Source: Bacteroidota bacterium (GTDB taxonomy: Bacteria; Bacteroidota; Bacteroidia; Bacteroidales; JAGONC01). Taken from it: 64,000 nt of DNA. The position numbers and the translations under genes were made by a program. Shown one piece after another: positions 39,404 through 49,721 of the stretch. The stretch lies in contig JAPLDP010000068.1 in NCBI GenBank assembly GCA_026391695.1, forward strand, positions 4,305 to 68,304. Direction: 5' to 3'. Every line of letters starts with the position of its first letter. Position 1 is the first letter of the stretch. Below the pieces are notes generated by a model, which saw nothing but the letters and a program-made list of their open reading frames with translations, was not told the origin of the DNA and made no database searches.

Positions 39404-40462
39404 CTATAAATTGAGTCGGATTCCGATTCTATGGACTCCCTCGAAGGGTTCCGTATCCGTATATGAATAGTCAACAGCGAAATTTGTTCCTTTTTCTTTG
39501 TTAAAAGGTACCTGAACAGAAAAACCAGCGCTGGGACCTGTAAAAACCGTGTCTCTGTTTGCGTCCTCGGTTATCCCGTCTTCATATGTGTAAGCACCTC
39601 TGAGCATCAGATACGATTTGAGCGAAAATTCCATTCCAAGGGTAACCTGATCTTTTGTAAAGGCATTGGATATAAAGTTACCGGCAAAAGTCAGGCGGTA
39701 GTCACCTGCAAAGTTTATATCATAAGCCGCACCAATATTGAGTTGGGATGGCAACTGGTATTTTGCTGCACGCTGTTCTACTGTAAACTGGCTTTCCTGG
39801 CCAGGGAGAAGTGTTCGGATCGATAGGCCATCACCCGAATATTTCATCGTAGGTCCCCAGTTTTTTAATGTAATACCGAAGTGAACATTTTCGGTCTCTC
39901 CTGTAACATACTGTATGCCAGCATCAATGGCAATTCCCTGGGCTGACATGTCGGAAATACTTTCGGAGATAATTTTGATCTGCATTCCGCCATATATGCT
40001 GTTTGAGAAAATCCTGGCATATGACAGGGAAATGTTCATCAGGCTGGGAGAGAAATTTCCAATGCCACCTTCAGGCAAATCAACAGTTGTGATAGGAATA
40101 TCTCCAAACATCATCGACATTACAGCAAGGCCCAGAACACCTGATTCACCGATCTTCTGGTTTAATCCAAATGCAAAGACATTGATTTCCGAACCTTTGA
40201 GCCATTGAGTATGGTTGAAGGCGATTTCGGTTCTTTGTGTAAATGCTGTTCCAGCCACATTGATAAACATGGATTCCACACCACGGACATTAGACGTGCT
40301 TGCATTGCCCCATCCAGCGCTTCGTCCCCATGGGTTAATCAATAATTCTGATGCACCAGCCTCTCCTGACCTGTCTTTATTCCCTGCAAACAGATCAGGG
40401 TCGGTGGAGGCAAAAAACCCAATCAACAGAACCACTGCGAGACATTTGATATATTTTTTCAT
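39404..40462 (-). CDS. PorV/PorQ-family-like outer-membrane beta-barrel
   Basis: Signal peptide. GASELLINPWGRSAGWGNAS...SMFINVAGTAF parallels the PorV signature ...LLIxPDARxxGMGD...NPAxLAF. Alternating beta-strand pattern ending in IRLNL. Confidence 0.65.
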   Translation of the reverse strand: MKKYIKCLAVVLLIGFFASTDPDLFAGNKDRSGEAGASELLINPWGRSAGWGNASTSNVRGVESMFINVAGTAFTQRTEIAFNHTQWLKGSEINVFAFGLNQKIGESGVLGLAVMSMMFGDIPITTVDLPEGGIGNFSPSLMNISLSYARIFSNSIYGGMQIKIISESISDMSAQGIAIDAGIQYVTGETENVHFGITLKNWGPTMKYSGDGLSIRTLLPGQESQFTVEQRAAKYQLPSQLNIGAAYDINFAGDYRLTFAGNFISNAFTKDQVTLGMEFSLKSYLMLRGAYTYEDGITEDANRDTVFTGPSAGFSVQVPFNKEKGTNFAVDYSYTDTEPFEGVHRIGIRLNL

Positions 40463-40527
40463 CGTATAACGGTTTATAATTTTATAATCGAATTCTTTAC
40501 GTTTTATAATGATATATTAGTCTTTTA

Positions 40528-43500
40528 TCAGAATGCATTAAAGTCGGGAGCCCTTAATGAACCAAACCACTTGATCACCCGTTCACCCACACCATTAGCC
40601 TTTATATGAATCAAATAAATCCCGCTGGCAATAGGAATACCCGCATGATTCTTCAAATCCCAGTCAATAGAAGTCTTCGTTTCATCCTTAGTGAATTGCC
40701 GTATCAGCGTTCCACTCATATTGTAAATGGTAACCGTACATTTCTGTGGTAAATTGACAATTTTAATGCGGTTATCCAGCTGGTCGGTTTCATATGGTGC
40801 ATACCCATAGTAAGGATTCGGAACTACATTGATCAGGTCAAGATCACTTTTAGCTTTTTCCATATTGTTGGCTGTAGTAGCAATTCCTTCAGTACTAAAA
40901 GAATAGGCCGGATAATAGCGGTTATACTTGATGTCGTCCGGGAGAATGTATGTGGAAGAATCCGGCATATATAATGTGTCCTGAAGATCGGTTGAGAAGT
41001 ATCTGAAATAGGGCTTAGCTACCAATATGCGGATCGTCACATCATTCGACAGCCATTCCTGACCTTCTATAGCCAAAGGTATATTAACCCACATGCAACT
41101 CGAGTAAATGAAATCCCTTTTGAATAGTGTGGTGATAGGTATAGCTTCCCTGAGTCTTCTGCCTGCATCATAGGCAGGAACATCATAGCTTGGATCGGTT
41201 TGTCCACTGAATGAAAACTTGCCTTTGGTATGGGCAAATACATAAATATAATGTTTACCTCCGAAGATCGCCTTGAGGTTCAAAGGATCAGTGAAGTCCC
41301 ACATGCGTGAGGAAGGATTCCATTTCATGTCGCGGCCATTGTTACCAACGAGCCATGAATCTTCGCTGAATACAATATTCAAACGTTCGCCGGTTTCCAG
41401 GTTAATGGCATATCCCGGGAACCATCCCATACCTGTTGGGCAAATGTAATTAGGATCATCCGGATTATTACTTGTATCAGCAAGTGCTGTCGGAGGAACA
41501 GGATTGCCATCTTTATCAACCGATGGAGCTGACCTGATATCGAATTGTCTGGCATTATTTTCTGACAGGGTAGGATCAGGGCACATCTCAATGACAGGGC
41601 TACGTGACCATTTGGATTTATCGGATGTAATAACAAGTTGGATGCTGGCCAGATCAGCCATTCTCATGTTATCCTTCGACCTGTTATTATCACCACCATA
41701 GGCAGGACCGGCAGAATTCTGGATATGGGATGCACACAGGTTATAGGGTGCCCAGGTACCCATTAATATGGTTTCATAGGCGCCGTCCGGGTCAAATGCT
41801 TGTCCGATCGGTGTGCCACTGCTTCCGACCTGAAGTCTCCAGTCATTATAGGCGGAGTTGTCAGGGTCGGTGAACGCACCGGCACGTATCCAGTTAGAAG
41901 CATACGGATAATCATCATCAGGAACGCCGGCTAACCAGCGCCGTGAACTATCTGCGTAAATCATACTGGCTTCAATCAAGCCATTGTTTGTTTCCAAAGG
42001 AACATATATGGGAGATTGCGTGTTCCCACTTGTCGTCTGCCCGACCTGGTACGTTCCGGGGTAATATACCTGGCTTAAGGTCACTGAAAGTCCCAGATCA
42101 AGGAAAAGCTGTTCATTTGGATATGAAATAACTGTATCTGATTTATAAACTTTTCCGGATGATTCGTCAACCAGCATCCAGCGGCAGATCCATTTGCTTG
42201 CTGTATCACCATCGGTATTCGGGACGCCGGTAATATTATAGAACCTGACAAGGTATAACGAATCAAATAAAATTTTAAAAGTGCCGGTTTTCACATTCAA
42301 TGGGTCAATAACACGCACTTCAACAGGACCTGAACCCGCTTCATATTCGGGTGTATAATTAATCGGATAATCACTTTTACCATATACATTGGGATTTATC
42401 GTATCGGTGATATCATATGGTGGCTGAGCAAGTATCTTCTCGATGCTGGCCTGGGTCATGATCAGTCTGTTGCCTCCATTACCCTGGCCGGCAAGACGTG
42501 TAACCTTCGGGATGTCACCATATTGTGAGTTGGCCTTGATATCGCCGACCTGAATGTGTGGAATAGCGGTATACATTTTAATATTTTTACGTCCTGCAAG
42601 ATAAGGTTCTTTTTGCCCATCAAGGCCGCTGACAGGTGGATCCTGTGCTCCCGGATCCTGGGAGTACTTCATAAATTGATTATAGCCATATGCCAAAGCT
42701 ATATAATAATATTGTTTATGATTAACCAAAGCTTCGCCGGTAAAGGCATCCTCGGTGATAGTGAAAGAATGAACAATGCCTCCGTCAGCGCCATTGACCT
42801 CCTCAACCGGAACGTTTGCTCCCAGGGCCTGGTCAAAATGAAAATTAACAAGTTGAGTAACGCTATTTTGCACATCACACTGAAAAACCTGACGGGCCAA
42901 TATGGGATCGAAGAGATCTGCAACAGAAACACTGGCATTGGCCAGTTGAAACACCTGATATCCTTCGAATCTGTATGTCGAGTCATACCTTTCGTCAGGA
43001 CCGAGCGAATCCGGGCTCTTGATGTTAGGATCGATCTCTTTATAGGATTCGTTGAAGTTGTTACCAACATCATTGGTTTTCCGGTTGGTGATATAGAATA
43101 TCAATGACTTGTCGACTTCACGGATAGTCAGGTCTGGTGCATTCGGACCACTGACGACCTGGAAACAGTTATCAAACAGAGACTGGCATTGATCATCGAC
43201 GACTCGTAATAATTCCACGGAAGCCCAGGGTCCTCCGGAGCCTGCTCTGGCCCAGGGGATCCCGACTGTGATATAATTGACCGCTCCGGGTTCAAGGCGG
43301 AATGGGCCTGCCGATTGCATAAAACGGCGGTCCTGGGGATTATTATTTGCAGTTACCTCAGTCCAGTATACAGGTCCATTGGGTGGATTTCCGGCGGTGC
43401 TCCAGAAGCAGGGATCCGAATCACCAGGGAACATGAAGTCACATTGGGGACCATAAGCACCTGCTGTCCTATGGGCATTGCCGCCATATTCCATTCGGGT

Positions 43501-44847
43501 GCCATCTCTCCATATGCCTCTGAGGAAATTATAGTACTCAGGAGCATAGGCTGGGTCAAACATATAAGGGGGAACACCGGAGTTGCTGTTATTGTGATAC
43601 ACAAACCTCCGCATACCAAAACGTTCATTGTCGACAATACCATCGCCAAAGTTCACCCCGTTAATAGCCATTTGGTCAAGAGTGTCAGGGCTTTTAATAA
43701 TTTCGCAATTGCTGCCTGTAAATTTTGGATTGTCTTTTCCATCCGGGTCCATATAAGGTCCCTGGAAAAAGTCAACGCCGATAGCCGGGGGCTGGTTTCC
43801 ATAAGCCCAGGCTTGTCCTGTGCCATCAGCAGCACGGCCATTGTAACAATAACCCAATCCCCGTAATACGTCGCAACCAACATAGTCGTCATTTGCATAA
43901 CCCAGGTCGGTGTCAACCCATTGGCTGAAATATGTATCCCTTAAAACAAAAGTGGACCTATTGATGATTTCATAGCTATAGAACGACATGTTATTGATTT
44001 GATCGTTGGTGGCGAATGCAAAAGCTTGTCCACGGATTTCAACACCAATAGGATCCCCTTCCGTTTCAGTATGAATATTTCCTTTATCATTAAAGACCCA
44101 CCACAAGGTCTGGTCGCCTTTGATGACCTGGTCAGCGAGGATACCTATACCTTCCATAGGTCTAATATCGCTTTTACACAAAGCGTTGGTAACGTCATAA
44201 TATGGGTAGTCTCCCTGGTTAGGATCATATTCTCCATTCTGATCACGGTCGAAAAAGGGAGCAAGATAGTAGCTCTGGTTTCTGGATACATCACCATGTG
44301 CAGGCCAATCCTTGATTTCGGGAGGGATTGTATAATTTGGATAGTCTTTTTTATTATCCCACCAGGCAAGGTATTCATCTATCATTTTGCGTGTCATTGG
44401 GAATAATTTATCCCATTTGGAGCATTCGTCGGCTGTAATAGCTGCTGTACCATCCACTGTAAGTGGTCCGGGCCAATAATCGTTACCTCCACCGAAGTTA
44501 GGTCCCTGGCGATACCGGAGAGCAGCCAGTTTCAACTGGTCGTTAACGTCGATACCACCCAGCCAGAGTGAAGCCGAGAACATGGACATTTTACCGGATC
44601 CTTTGGGTATCTCATAATCAGCCACTTCAAAATTCCACCACATGTCGCCACCGGTATTAATACGTGTTCTGATATTATTAATGTCCATATATTTAAAACC
44701 GGCCCCAGGTAAACATCCCGAAGCTGTAGACTTCAGTTGTGCTGTACGTTTTTGGCCTGATGGGACAGGCACTTTATCAGCATAACAAGTACCGTAAATG
44801 AGGATACCGGCCAAACATATCAGAAGATAACGGAGTATGCTTTTCAT
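40528..44847 (-). CDS. 1439-aa secreted orphan protein with T9SS-type C-terminal sorting-like domain
   Basis: Signal peptide. Long D/N/G/P/Y/W-rich body with no motif I can assign. The last ~100 aa (VVPNPYY...VTIYNMSGTLIRQF...ASGIYLIHIKANG...RVIKW) resemble a Por secretion tail, with an extra FGSLRAPDFNAF extension. Confidence 0.8.
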   Translation of the reverse strand: MKSILRYLLICLAGILIYGTCYADKVPVPSGQKRTAQLKSTASGCLPGAGFKYMDINNIRTRINTGGDMWWNFEVADYEIPKGSGKMSMFSASLWLGGIDVNDQLKLAALRYRQGPNFGGGNDYWPGPLTVDGTAAITADECSKWDKLFPMTRKMIDEYLAWWDNKKDYPNYTIPPEIKDWPAHGDVSRNQSYYLAPFFDRDQNGEYDPNQGDYPYYDVTNALCKSDIRPMEGIGILADQVIKGDQTLWWVFNDKGNIHTETEGDPIGVEIRGQAFAFATNDQINNMSFYSYEIINRSTFVLRDTYFSQWVDTDLGYANDDYVGCDVLRGLGYCYNGRAADGTGQAWAYGNQPPAIGVDFFQGPYMDPDGKDNPKFTGSNCEIIKSPDTLDQMAINGVNFGDGIVDNERFGMRRFVYHNNSNSGVPPYMFDPAYAPEYYNFLRGIWRDGTRMEYGGNAHRTAGAYGPQCDFMFPGDSDPCFWSTAGNPPNGPVYWTEVTANNNPQDRRFMQSAGPFRLEPGAVNYITVGIPWARAGSGGPWASVELLRVVDDQCQSLFDNCFQVVSGPNAPDLTIREVDKSLIFYITNRKTNDVGNNFNESYKEIDPNIKSPDSLGPDERYDSTYRFEGYQVFQLANASVSVADLFDPILARQVFQCDVQNSVTQLVNFHFDQALGANVPVEEVNGADGGIVHSFTITEDAFTGEALVNHKQYYYIALAYGYNQFMKYSQDPGAQDPPVSGLDGQKEPYLAGRKNIKMYTAIPHIQVGDIKANSQYGDIPKVTRLAGQGNGGNRLIMTQASIEKILAQPPYDITDTINPNVYGKSDYPINYTPEYEAGSGPVEVRVIDPLNVKTGTFKILFDSLYLVRFYNITGVPNTDGDTASKWICRWMLVDESSGKVYKSDTVISYPNEQLFLDLGLSVTLSQVYYPGTYQVGQTTSGNTQSPIYVPLETNNGLIEASMIYADSSRRWLAGVPDDDYPYASNWIRAGAFTDPDNSAYNDWRLQVGSSGTPIGQAFDPDGAYETILMGTWAPYNLCASHIQNSAGPAYGGDNNRSKDNMRMADLASIQLVITSDKSKWSRSPVIEMCPDPTLSENNARQFDIRSAPSVDKDGNPVPPTALADTSNNPDDPNYICPTGMGWFPGYAINLETGERLNIVFSEDSWLVGNNGRDMKWNPSSRMWDFTDPLNLKAIFGGKHYIYVFAHTKGKFSFSGQTDPSYDVPAYDAGRRLREAIPITTLFKRDFIYSSCMWVNIPLAIEGQEWLSNDVTIRILVAKPYFRYFSTDLQDTLYMPDSSTYILPDDIKYNRYYPAYSFSTEGIATTANNMEKAKSDLDLINVVPNPYYGYAPYETDQLDNRIKIVNLPQKCTVTIYNMSGTLIRQFTKDETKTSIDWDLKNHAGIPIASGIYLIHIKANGVGERVIKWFGSLRAPDFNAF

Positions 44848-44882
44848 ATCTATATATTTTATGATTTTCGTGTTATTATCGA

Positions 44883-47800
44883 TTAAAAGTTGAAGCTAAT
44901 GCCAAACCGTATCTGGCGGGGTGAACTATAATTATAAGGATTTGCTACAGCCATGGAGTACATATCCCGGTATGATTCAGCATTCAATTGCTGGTTGATC
45001 TGTGTTTGCCATTCAGCTGCAGAGAGATAGCCATCATCATCAGGATTTCCAGTAGCAGCGTATACACCCATTACATTCTTCGAATTCAGGACATTCAGAA
45101 TCTGGAAGAAGACATTCAGGTAGGCATTTTTAGCGTTGTCACCTTTACCCATTGCAAAGCCAAAGTCTCTGTCGATTCTCATATCAATCCTGAATTGCCA
45201 GGGAAGACGTGAGCCATTGATAGAGCCTTTGATGGCTCTGCCGGCAGTACTGATCAATGACGGATAAATAGTAGCTGATCTGGTATAGGGTGTGCCGGAT
45301 CCGCCAAACATAGTAACATTAATTCCTGTATTCTGGAGCCAGTAAATATTCTTGGTTTTACCGGTCTTTTTTGAAGTTTTGGATGTCACAGGCCCGTTAT
45401 ATTCGTTCCCTTCACCCCAGCGGTAGTCGAGAGAAATATTAATCCTGTGTCTCTGGTCAATATCTAATGGATTGAGAGTTCTGAGATTTGGCTGTCCGGA
45501 ACGGATAAAAGCGGCAGCTGTATTTGGGTCGGAACCGGTGCCATCTGCAAACTGCAAGGTATAGCTGGCCCTCAACCTGGCATTGGCTGTGCGTCTGAGA
45601 TCATACGTTACCGTCAATCCCTTGATTGTACCGAAGTCAAGATTATTCCAGGAATAATAAGTCTTCGGGTAAGCGCCTGTGAATCGATAACTCTGTATCT
45701 GGTCTCTGACTTCACGGTAAAATGCCGAGAGGTTAATGGATGAAGAGGCACTCAGCTTCTGCTGGAATCCAAGTTCATAATCAATGGTTTTTTCAGGCTT
45801 GAGATTAGGATTATTAATGGTTGGATTACTCCGCACGGGCCAGAAATAATAGTCGGTGGGAGTGGAAAAAAAGTTACTGGTTGGCCGCTGTGTTAAAATA
45901 TCATAGTGAGCATAGAACAATGCCTCATCTGAAATAGGGAAAGAGAAAGCAATTCTGGGCATCACATTGATTGACGGATCATAGTCGGCAAATGCCCCTC
46001 CGCTGACAACCTGATTGTCGGGATTTACAAGGTAAGGCGATATGCCGTTGCCGACGTCAAGGGATTCCTCAGGGTCAACAACAACAGCTCCCTGGGCATT
46101 ATACCACACATTACCATTTCTGTATCCCGTTATAGTCGTCGGGTTATTCACATTGTCGACATATACGATATAGTCGGAACCCATATTTGACGGGTGTAAT
46201 CCCAAGTCATTGACTTCTTTCACCGTTTTGGCTTCATAAAGCAGATAAGGATCCTTTAACACTTTCTGGTTGGCATCGAAACGGTCAACACGGACGCCAA
46301 CATTGAAAATCAGATCCTTGAATGCAAAGACATCCTGCAGATATCCAGCCATATAAATCGGTTCATAGGCACCGATATCCCTGGAATAATTCCCATTGGC
46401 GTCTTTTTTAGTAAAGAAATCTTCAAAACTGGGACGGGTAGTCAGTTTATTACCATAAGCATCGTAACCATAATAGGCGACAATCTGATCGCCGTCATTA
46501 AGTAGTTCATCCGGGCTGAACATGTTGATATTCAGGCCACCATCAATATATGCCAACCGGTGGTTTCCTTCTTTATCATAGTAATAAATTGAATTGGTAT
46601 TCGGATCATAAGAATCAACGTCAATCCAATCAGTGCCGTCGACAGCCAATCCCATTTTAGCCCGGATGCTTTTATCGAAGTAGTATTGGGTTTGTGGGTC
46701 ATATCTGCGGTAATAATTTATAGTATCCTGGAACACTCCCTCAAGGTAAACGGGCATAGGATTAGCGAGGTCAAGCTCCCTGATGTGCCAGTTGGTGAAA
46801 CCGCGCATCACTGTCCATAAGCCTGTAGGGCCGATATTCCAGCCACTGTAGCTTCTTTGCTGATATTGAATGCCGAATTGAAGGGCATGGTTGCCGATGT
46901 CGGCCGATCCTAACACATCAATACCTATCTGTGCTGATTCATTTTTTCCGAATCCTGTCTGGAGGGTACCGACATTTGCATAAAGTCCATAAATGTTATC
47001 GGGTCCGCGGCCATTGATCAGGCCACCCTCACCGGTGACCACTGCTTCCTGGTTATAGATATTCTGATGCATTTCATAATACTGTGTAGTATAATTTGCC
47101 AGAATAGAGTTGATTTCCGACCTTTCAAAAGCAAACAGGGTATCCTGGAAATTATTCATCAGGTGGGCGTAAAGACCCGCGACAGAGTCGTATTCAAGGG
47201 TAGGTGTATAGGACTTGATTTTGTATGTTGTAAATTTCCCTATGTAACCGTAATTAAAGAAATTCTCCAGATGGTCGGCATCTTCGCTTTTTCCAGTGAC
47301 TTTAGAGTAGTCGGCCTGAATAGTATAAAAGACATTCTTGATTTTGGATTTACTGTCGCTTTCGGTTGGGAAGCGTTGTGTGAATTTTCCAAAGACCCTC
47401 CAGGTCATATTTTGGTATGACCCATTTCTGTCGTAATTGGTGAGGGAATGATAATAATTGAAGCCATGGCCGCTGTTATAGCTCAATGTGCCTCCGAATG
47501 ACAGGTTGATATTTGGTCCTGTCCTGACGTCCAGTTTTGCAGTTACATTGGCGCCGAGATTGGAGGAATTGAGGGTTGTATTAATATGTGTTAAATCAGA
47601 TTTAGTAAGAAAGAGTGATTCATAATATGTTCCATAACCTAAACCTGTAGGGCGGAGAGGCCTGGTTTCAAGCTGGGCCTGTTTGTCATCGTTAACCTTA
47701 TAAAGGCCTTCGGTTGATGGAGCGCCGTCCTTATTATATATGACGTCACCGGCGATAAAATAACCCAGAAGGGAAACGGGATTTTTTGGGTCTTTACTTT

Positions 47801-48578
47801 TAATGAGAGGTCCGTTAAGATTCAATCCGACACGGTTAGATCCATAATAGTCGAGGTATTGTGAAGTCTGCGCCTCGATGCCCATGCCGAAAATTCTGGA
47901 GGGTCCCTTGGTTGTAACATTGATAATACCTCCTGTAGCATCACCATATTGTGCCGAGATACCGCCAAGGACAACCGATACCTGGTCGATAGCAGATTCG
48001 GGGAGTGCAGATGAACCAGTTACACGGATACCGTCAATATAGGTGACAGTATTATCGGAACGCTGACCACGGATACTTCCGACTTCTCCGTCTCTGGAGA
48101 AGACACCACCCACCGTGGTAGCAACAGCGGCTGCAGAACGGTTGGGCATTTTGGCAATTTCTTCGGACGTCACCGTGGCCCCTGATGAAGTCTGGTCCTT
48201 GTTGATAAGAGGGACTTTGTAATCGACAACTTCAAATGTCTCAAGGGTAGTCGCAGTTACTTCCATCTCAATGTCATTGAATGTGATTTTATCAGCCCTG
48301 ACATTGACACCAGTGATCTTCATGGGTCTAAATCCGACATAGGTGGCTTTGACATCATAAGTGCCGGGGATAATGGGCTTAATCGTGTAATTCCCTTCAA
48401 AGTCGGATGTTGCACCCCCCTTCTGTGCGCCTGCAACTTCAATAATAATATTGCAAAAAGGAATAGGTTCTTTAGTGTCTCTGTTGATAACCTTTCCCTT
48501 TAGTGTCCCTGATTGTGAAAAGGCTAACAGGCTCGCACCTAATAAAAAGCAAAAAGTAAAGAGTAAATTTCTCATCAT
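44883..48578 (-). CDS. 1231-aa TonB-dependent receptor-like outer-membrane barrel with carboxypeptidase-regulatory-like N-domain
   Basis: Signal peptide. CarboxypepD_reg-like GTLKGKVINRDTKEPIPF...GTYDVKATYVGF. Plug-like SIRGQRSDNTVTYIDGIRV...GGIINVTTKGP. Terminal OMP signature RQIRFGISFNF. Confidence 0.85.
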   Translation of the reverse strand: MMRNLLFTFCFLLGASLLAFSQSGTLKGKVINRDTKEPIPFCNIIIEVAGAQKGGATSDFEGNYTIKPIIPGTYDVKATYVGFRPMKITGVNVRADKITFNDIEMEVTATTLETFEVVDYKVPLINKDQTSSGATVTSEEIAKMPNRSAAAVATTVGGVFSRDGEVGSIRGQRSDNTVTYIDGIRVTGSSALPESAIDQVSVVLGGISAQYGDATGGIINVTTKGPSRIFGMGIEAQTSQYLDYYGSNRVGLNLNGPLIKSKDPKNPVSLLGYFIAGDVIYNKDGAPSTEGLYKVNDDKQAQLETRPLRPTGLGYGTYYESLFLTKSDLTHINTTLNSSNLGANVTAKLDVRTGPNINLSFGGTLSYNSGHGFNYYHSLTNYDRNGSYQNMTWRVFGKFTQRFPTESDSKSKIKNVFYTIQADYSKVTGKSEDADHLENFFNYGYIGKFTTYKIKSYTPTLEYDSVAGLYAHLMNNFQDTLFAFERSEINSILANYTTQYYEMHQNIYNQEAVVTGEGGLINGRGPDNIYGLYANVGTLQTGFGKNESAQIGIDVLGSADIGNHALQFGIQYQQRSYSGWNIGPTGLWTVMRGFTNWHIRELDLANPMPVYLEGVFQDTINYYRRYDPQTQYYFDKSIRAKMGLAVDGTDWIDVDSYDPNTNSIYYYDKEGNHRLAYIDGGLNINMFSPDELLNDGDQIVAYYGYDAYGNKLTTRPSFEDFFTKKDANGNYSRDIGAYEPIYMAGYLQDVFAFKDLIFNVGVRVDRFDANQKVLKDPYLLYEAKTVKEVNDLGLHPSNMGSDYIVYVDNVNNPTTITGYRNGNVWYNAQGAVVVDPEESLDVGNGISPYLVNPDNQVVSGGAFADYDPSINVMPRIAFSFPISDEALFYAHYDILTQRPTSNFFSTPTDYYFWPVRSNPTINNPNLKPEKTIDYELGFQQKLSASSSINLSAFYREVRDQIQSYRFTGAYPKTYYSWNNLDFGTIKGLTVTYDLRRTANARLRASYTLQFADGTGSDPNTAAAFIRSGQPNLRTLNPLDIDQRHRINISLDYRWGEGNEYNGPVTSKTSKKTGKTKNIYWLQNTGINVTMFGGSGTPYTRSATIYPSLISTAGRAIKGSINGSRLPWQFRIDMRIDRDFGFAMGKGDNAKNAYLNVFFQILNVLNSKNVMGVYAATGNPDDDGYLSAAEWQTQINQQLNAESYRDMYSMAVANPYNYSSPRQIRFGISFNF

Positions 48579-48888
48579 ATCAGTTGGTATTATTTTTTAT
48601 GCAAAAATTTTGGAACCATTGAGAGCCGGTAAAGTTAATAATAAAAATATTTTTCAACCAAAATATTTTAGTCACGAGTTTCAAAAAACCACCAAATTGT
48701 CTGAAAAATATATTCGTTTCACCTGCTATATTCAGCTGGTGAGGACTTGAACACTTCATGTTTAGGTTTGTTTAGATCCGTTCAAATAGCGGGTAAAGAT
48801 ATGATAAATGCAAAATAAATAAAAGGATTAACAAGTTTTCGGTTGGAGCAGGTCAGTTACCGGCTACTATCGGAATATCTTGAACAGC

Positions 48889-49638
48889 TTATAGATGACT
48901 GATGACTTTCATGATTTGTTCCCTTTTTCTTCGCGATACAGGTATTTTAGCACCATCCGACATTTGTATATAACCTCCGTCATGTTTAAAATAAGTGGAA
49001 ATATATTTTGTATTGACGAGGTGAGATTTATGAGTACGGATAAAATTGTGATCACGCAGCAGTTCCTCATTTTCTTTAAGCGTTTTGGATATCAGGAGTG
49101 ACTTGCCGTCGGTGAAATAAAAGCGTGTATAATAATTATCCGATTCGCAACGGAGTATATGATCAACTTCCACAACATGAATCTTGTCGGCTGTTGACAA
49201 AACAATCTTGTGTGGTTTTTCACCCGGAGCCCGGATGTTTTCAAGCAGTACCTGTATGTTTTTATTGATCTGGGCTGTTATTTTCTTTTTCTCAGCCTTC
49301 TCAACCGAATTAATGAGTTCTTCAGGGATAACCGGTTTCAACAGGTAATCAAGTGCACTGTATTTTATAGCCTGAATGGCATACTGATCAAAAGCGGTCA
49401 CAAAGATGATCTCAAAATCAATCTTTTTAAGTCCTTCCAGCAATTTAAATCCACTGCCGTCGGGCATCTGTATATCCAGGAAAACGATGTCAGGATGCTC
49501 CATATATATAGCTTCCAGGCCGGTTTGTACGCCATCAGCCTCCGAAATGACCTCGACTTGATGGCAATATCGTGATAACAGGGCTTTCAGCGTATCACGT
49601 GATGTCTTTTCGTCCTCGATAATAATTGCTTTTAACAT
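48889..49638 (-). CDS. LytTR-family response regulator
   Basis: Receiver domain (DIVFLDIQMPDGSG) plus a C-terminal LytTR DNA-binding domain (FIRTHKSHLVN). Confidence 0.9.
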   Translation of the reverse strand: MLKAIIIEDEKTSRDTLKALLSRYCHQVEVISEADGVQTGLEAIYMEHPDIVFLDIQMPDGSGFKLLEGLKKIDFEIIFVTAFDQYAIQAIKYSALDYLLKPVIPEELINSVEKAEKKKITAQINKNIQVLLENIRAPGEKPHKIVLSTADKIHVVEVDHILRCESDNYYTRFYFTDGKSLLISKTLKENEELLRDHNFIRTHKSHLVNTKYISTYFKHDGGYIQMSDGAKIPVSRRKREQIMKVISHL

Positions 49639-49721
49639 GAAGATGTGTCTTATCGTGTAAAAGTAAATATTTTTTAATAAAGCATAGCAATGTTTTGAAG
49701 ACCTGGCCAGACAATGATCAA

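Noticed and set aside
42556-43866. Long plus-strand ORFs (42556..43107 and 43315..43866, 183 aa each) inside the 1439-aa minus-strand gene. Similar antisense ORFs occur at 34882..35385, 51432..51908, 11503..11901, 24693..25145, 56402..56857 and 56948..57481.
   Set aside because: They lie entirely antisense to genes that are strongly supported, either by recognised motifs or, for the 1439-aa gene, by its length, signal peptide and sorting-type C-terminus. Their composition is biased and Cys/His/Ile-rich, and they lack promoter boxes or start context. They are typical shadow ORFs.
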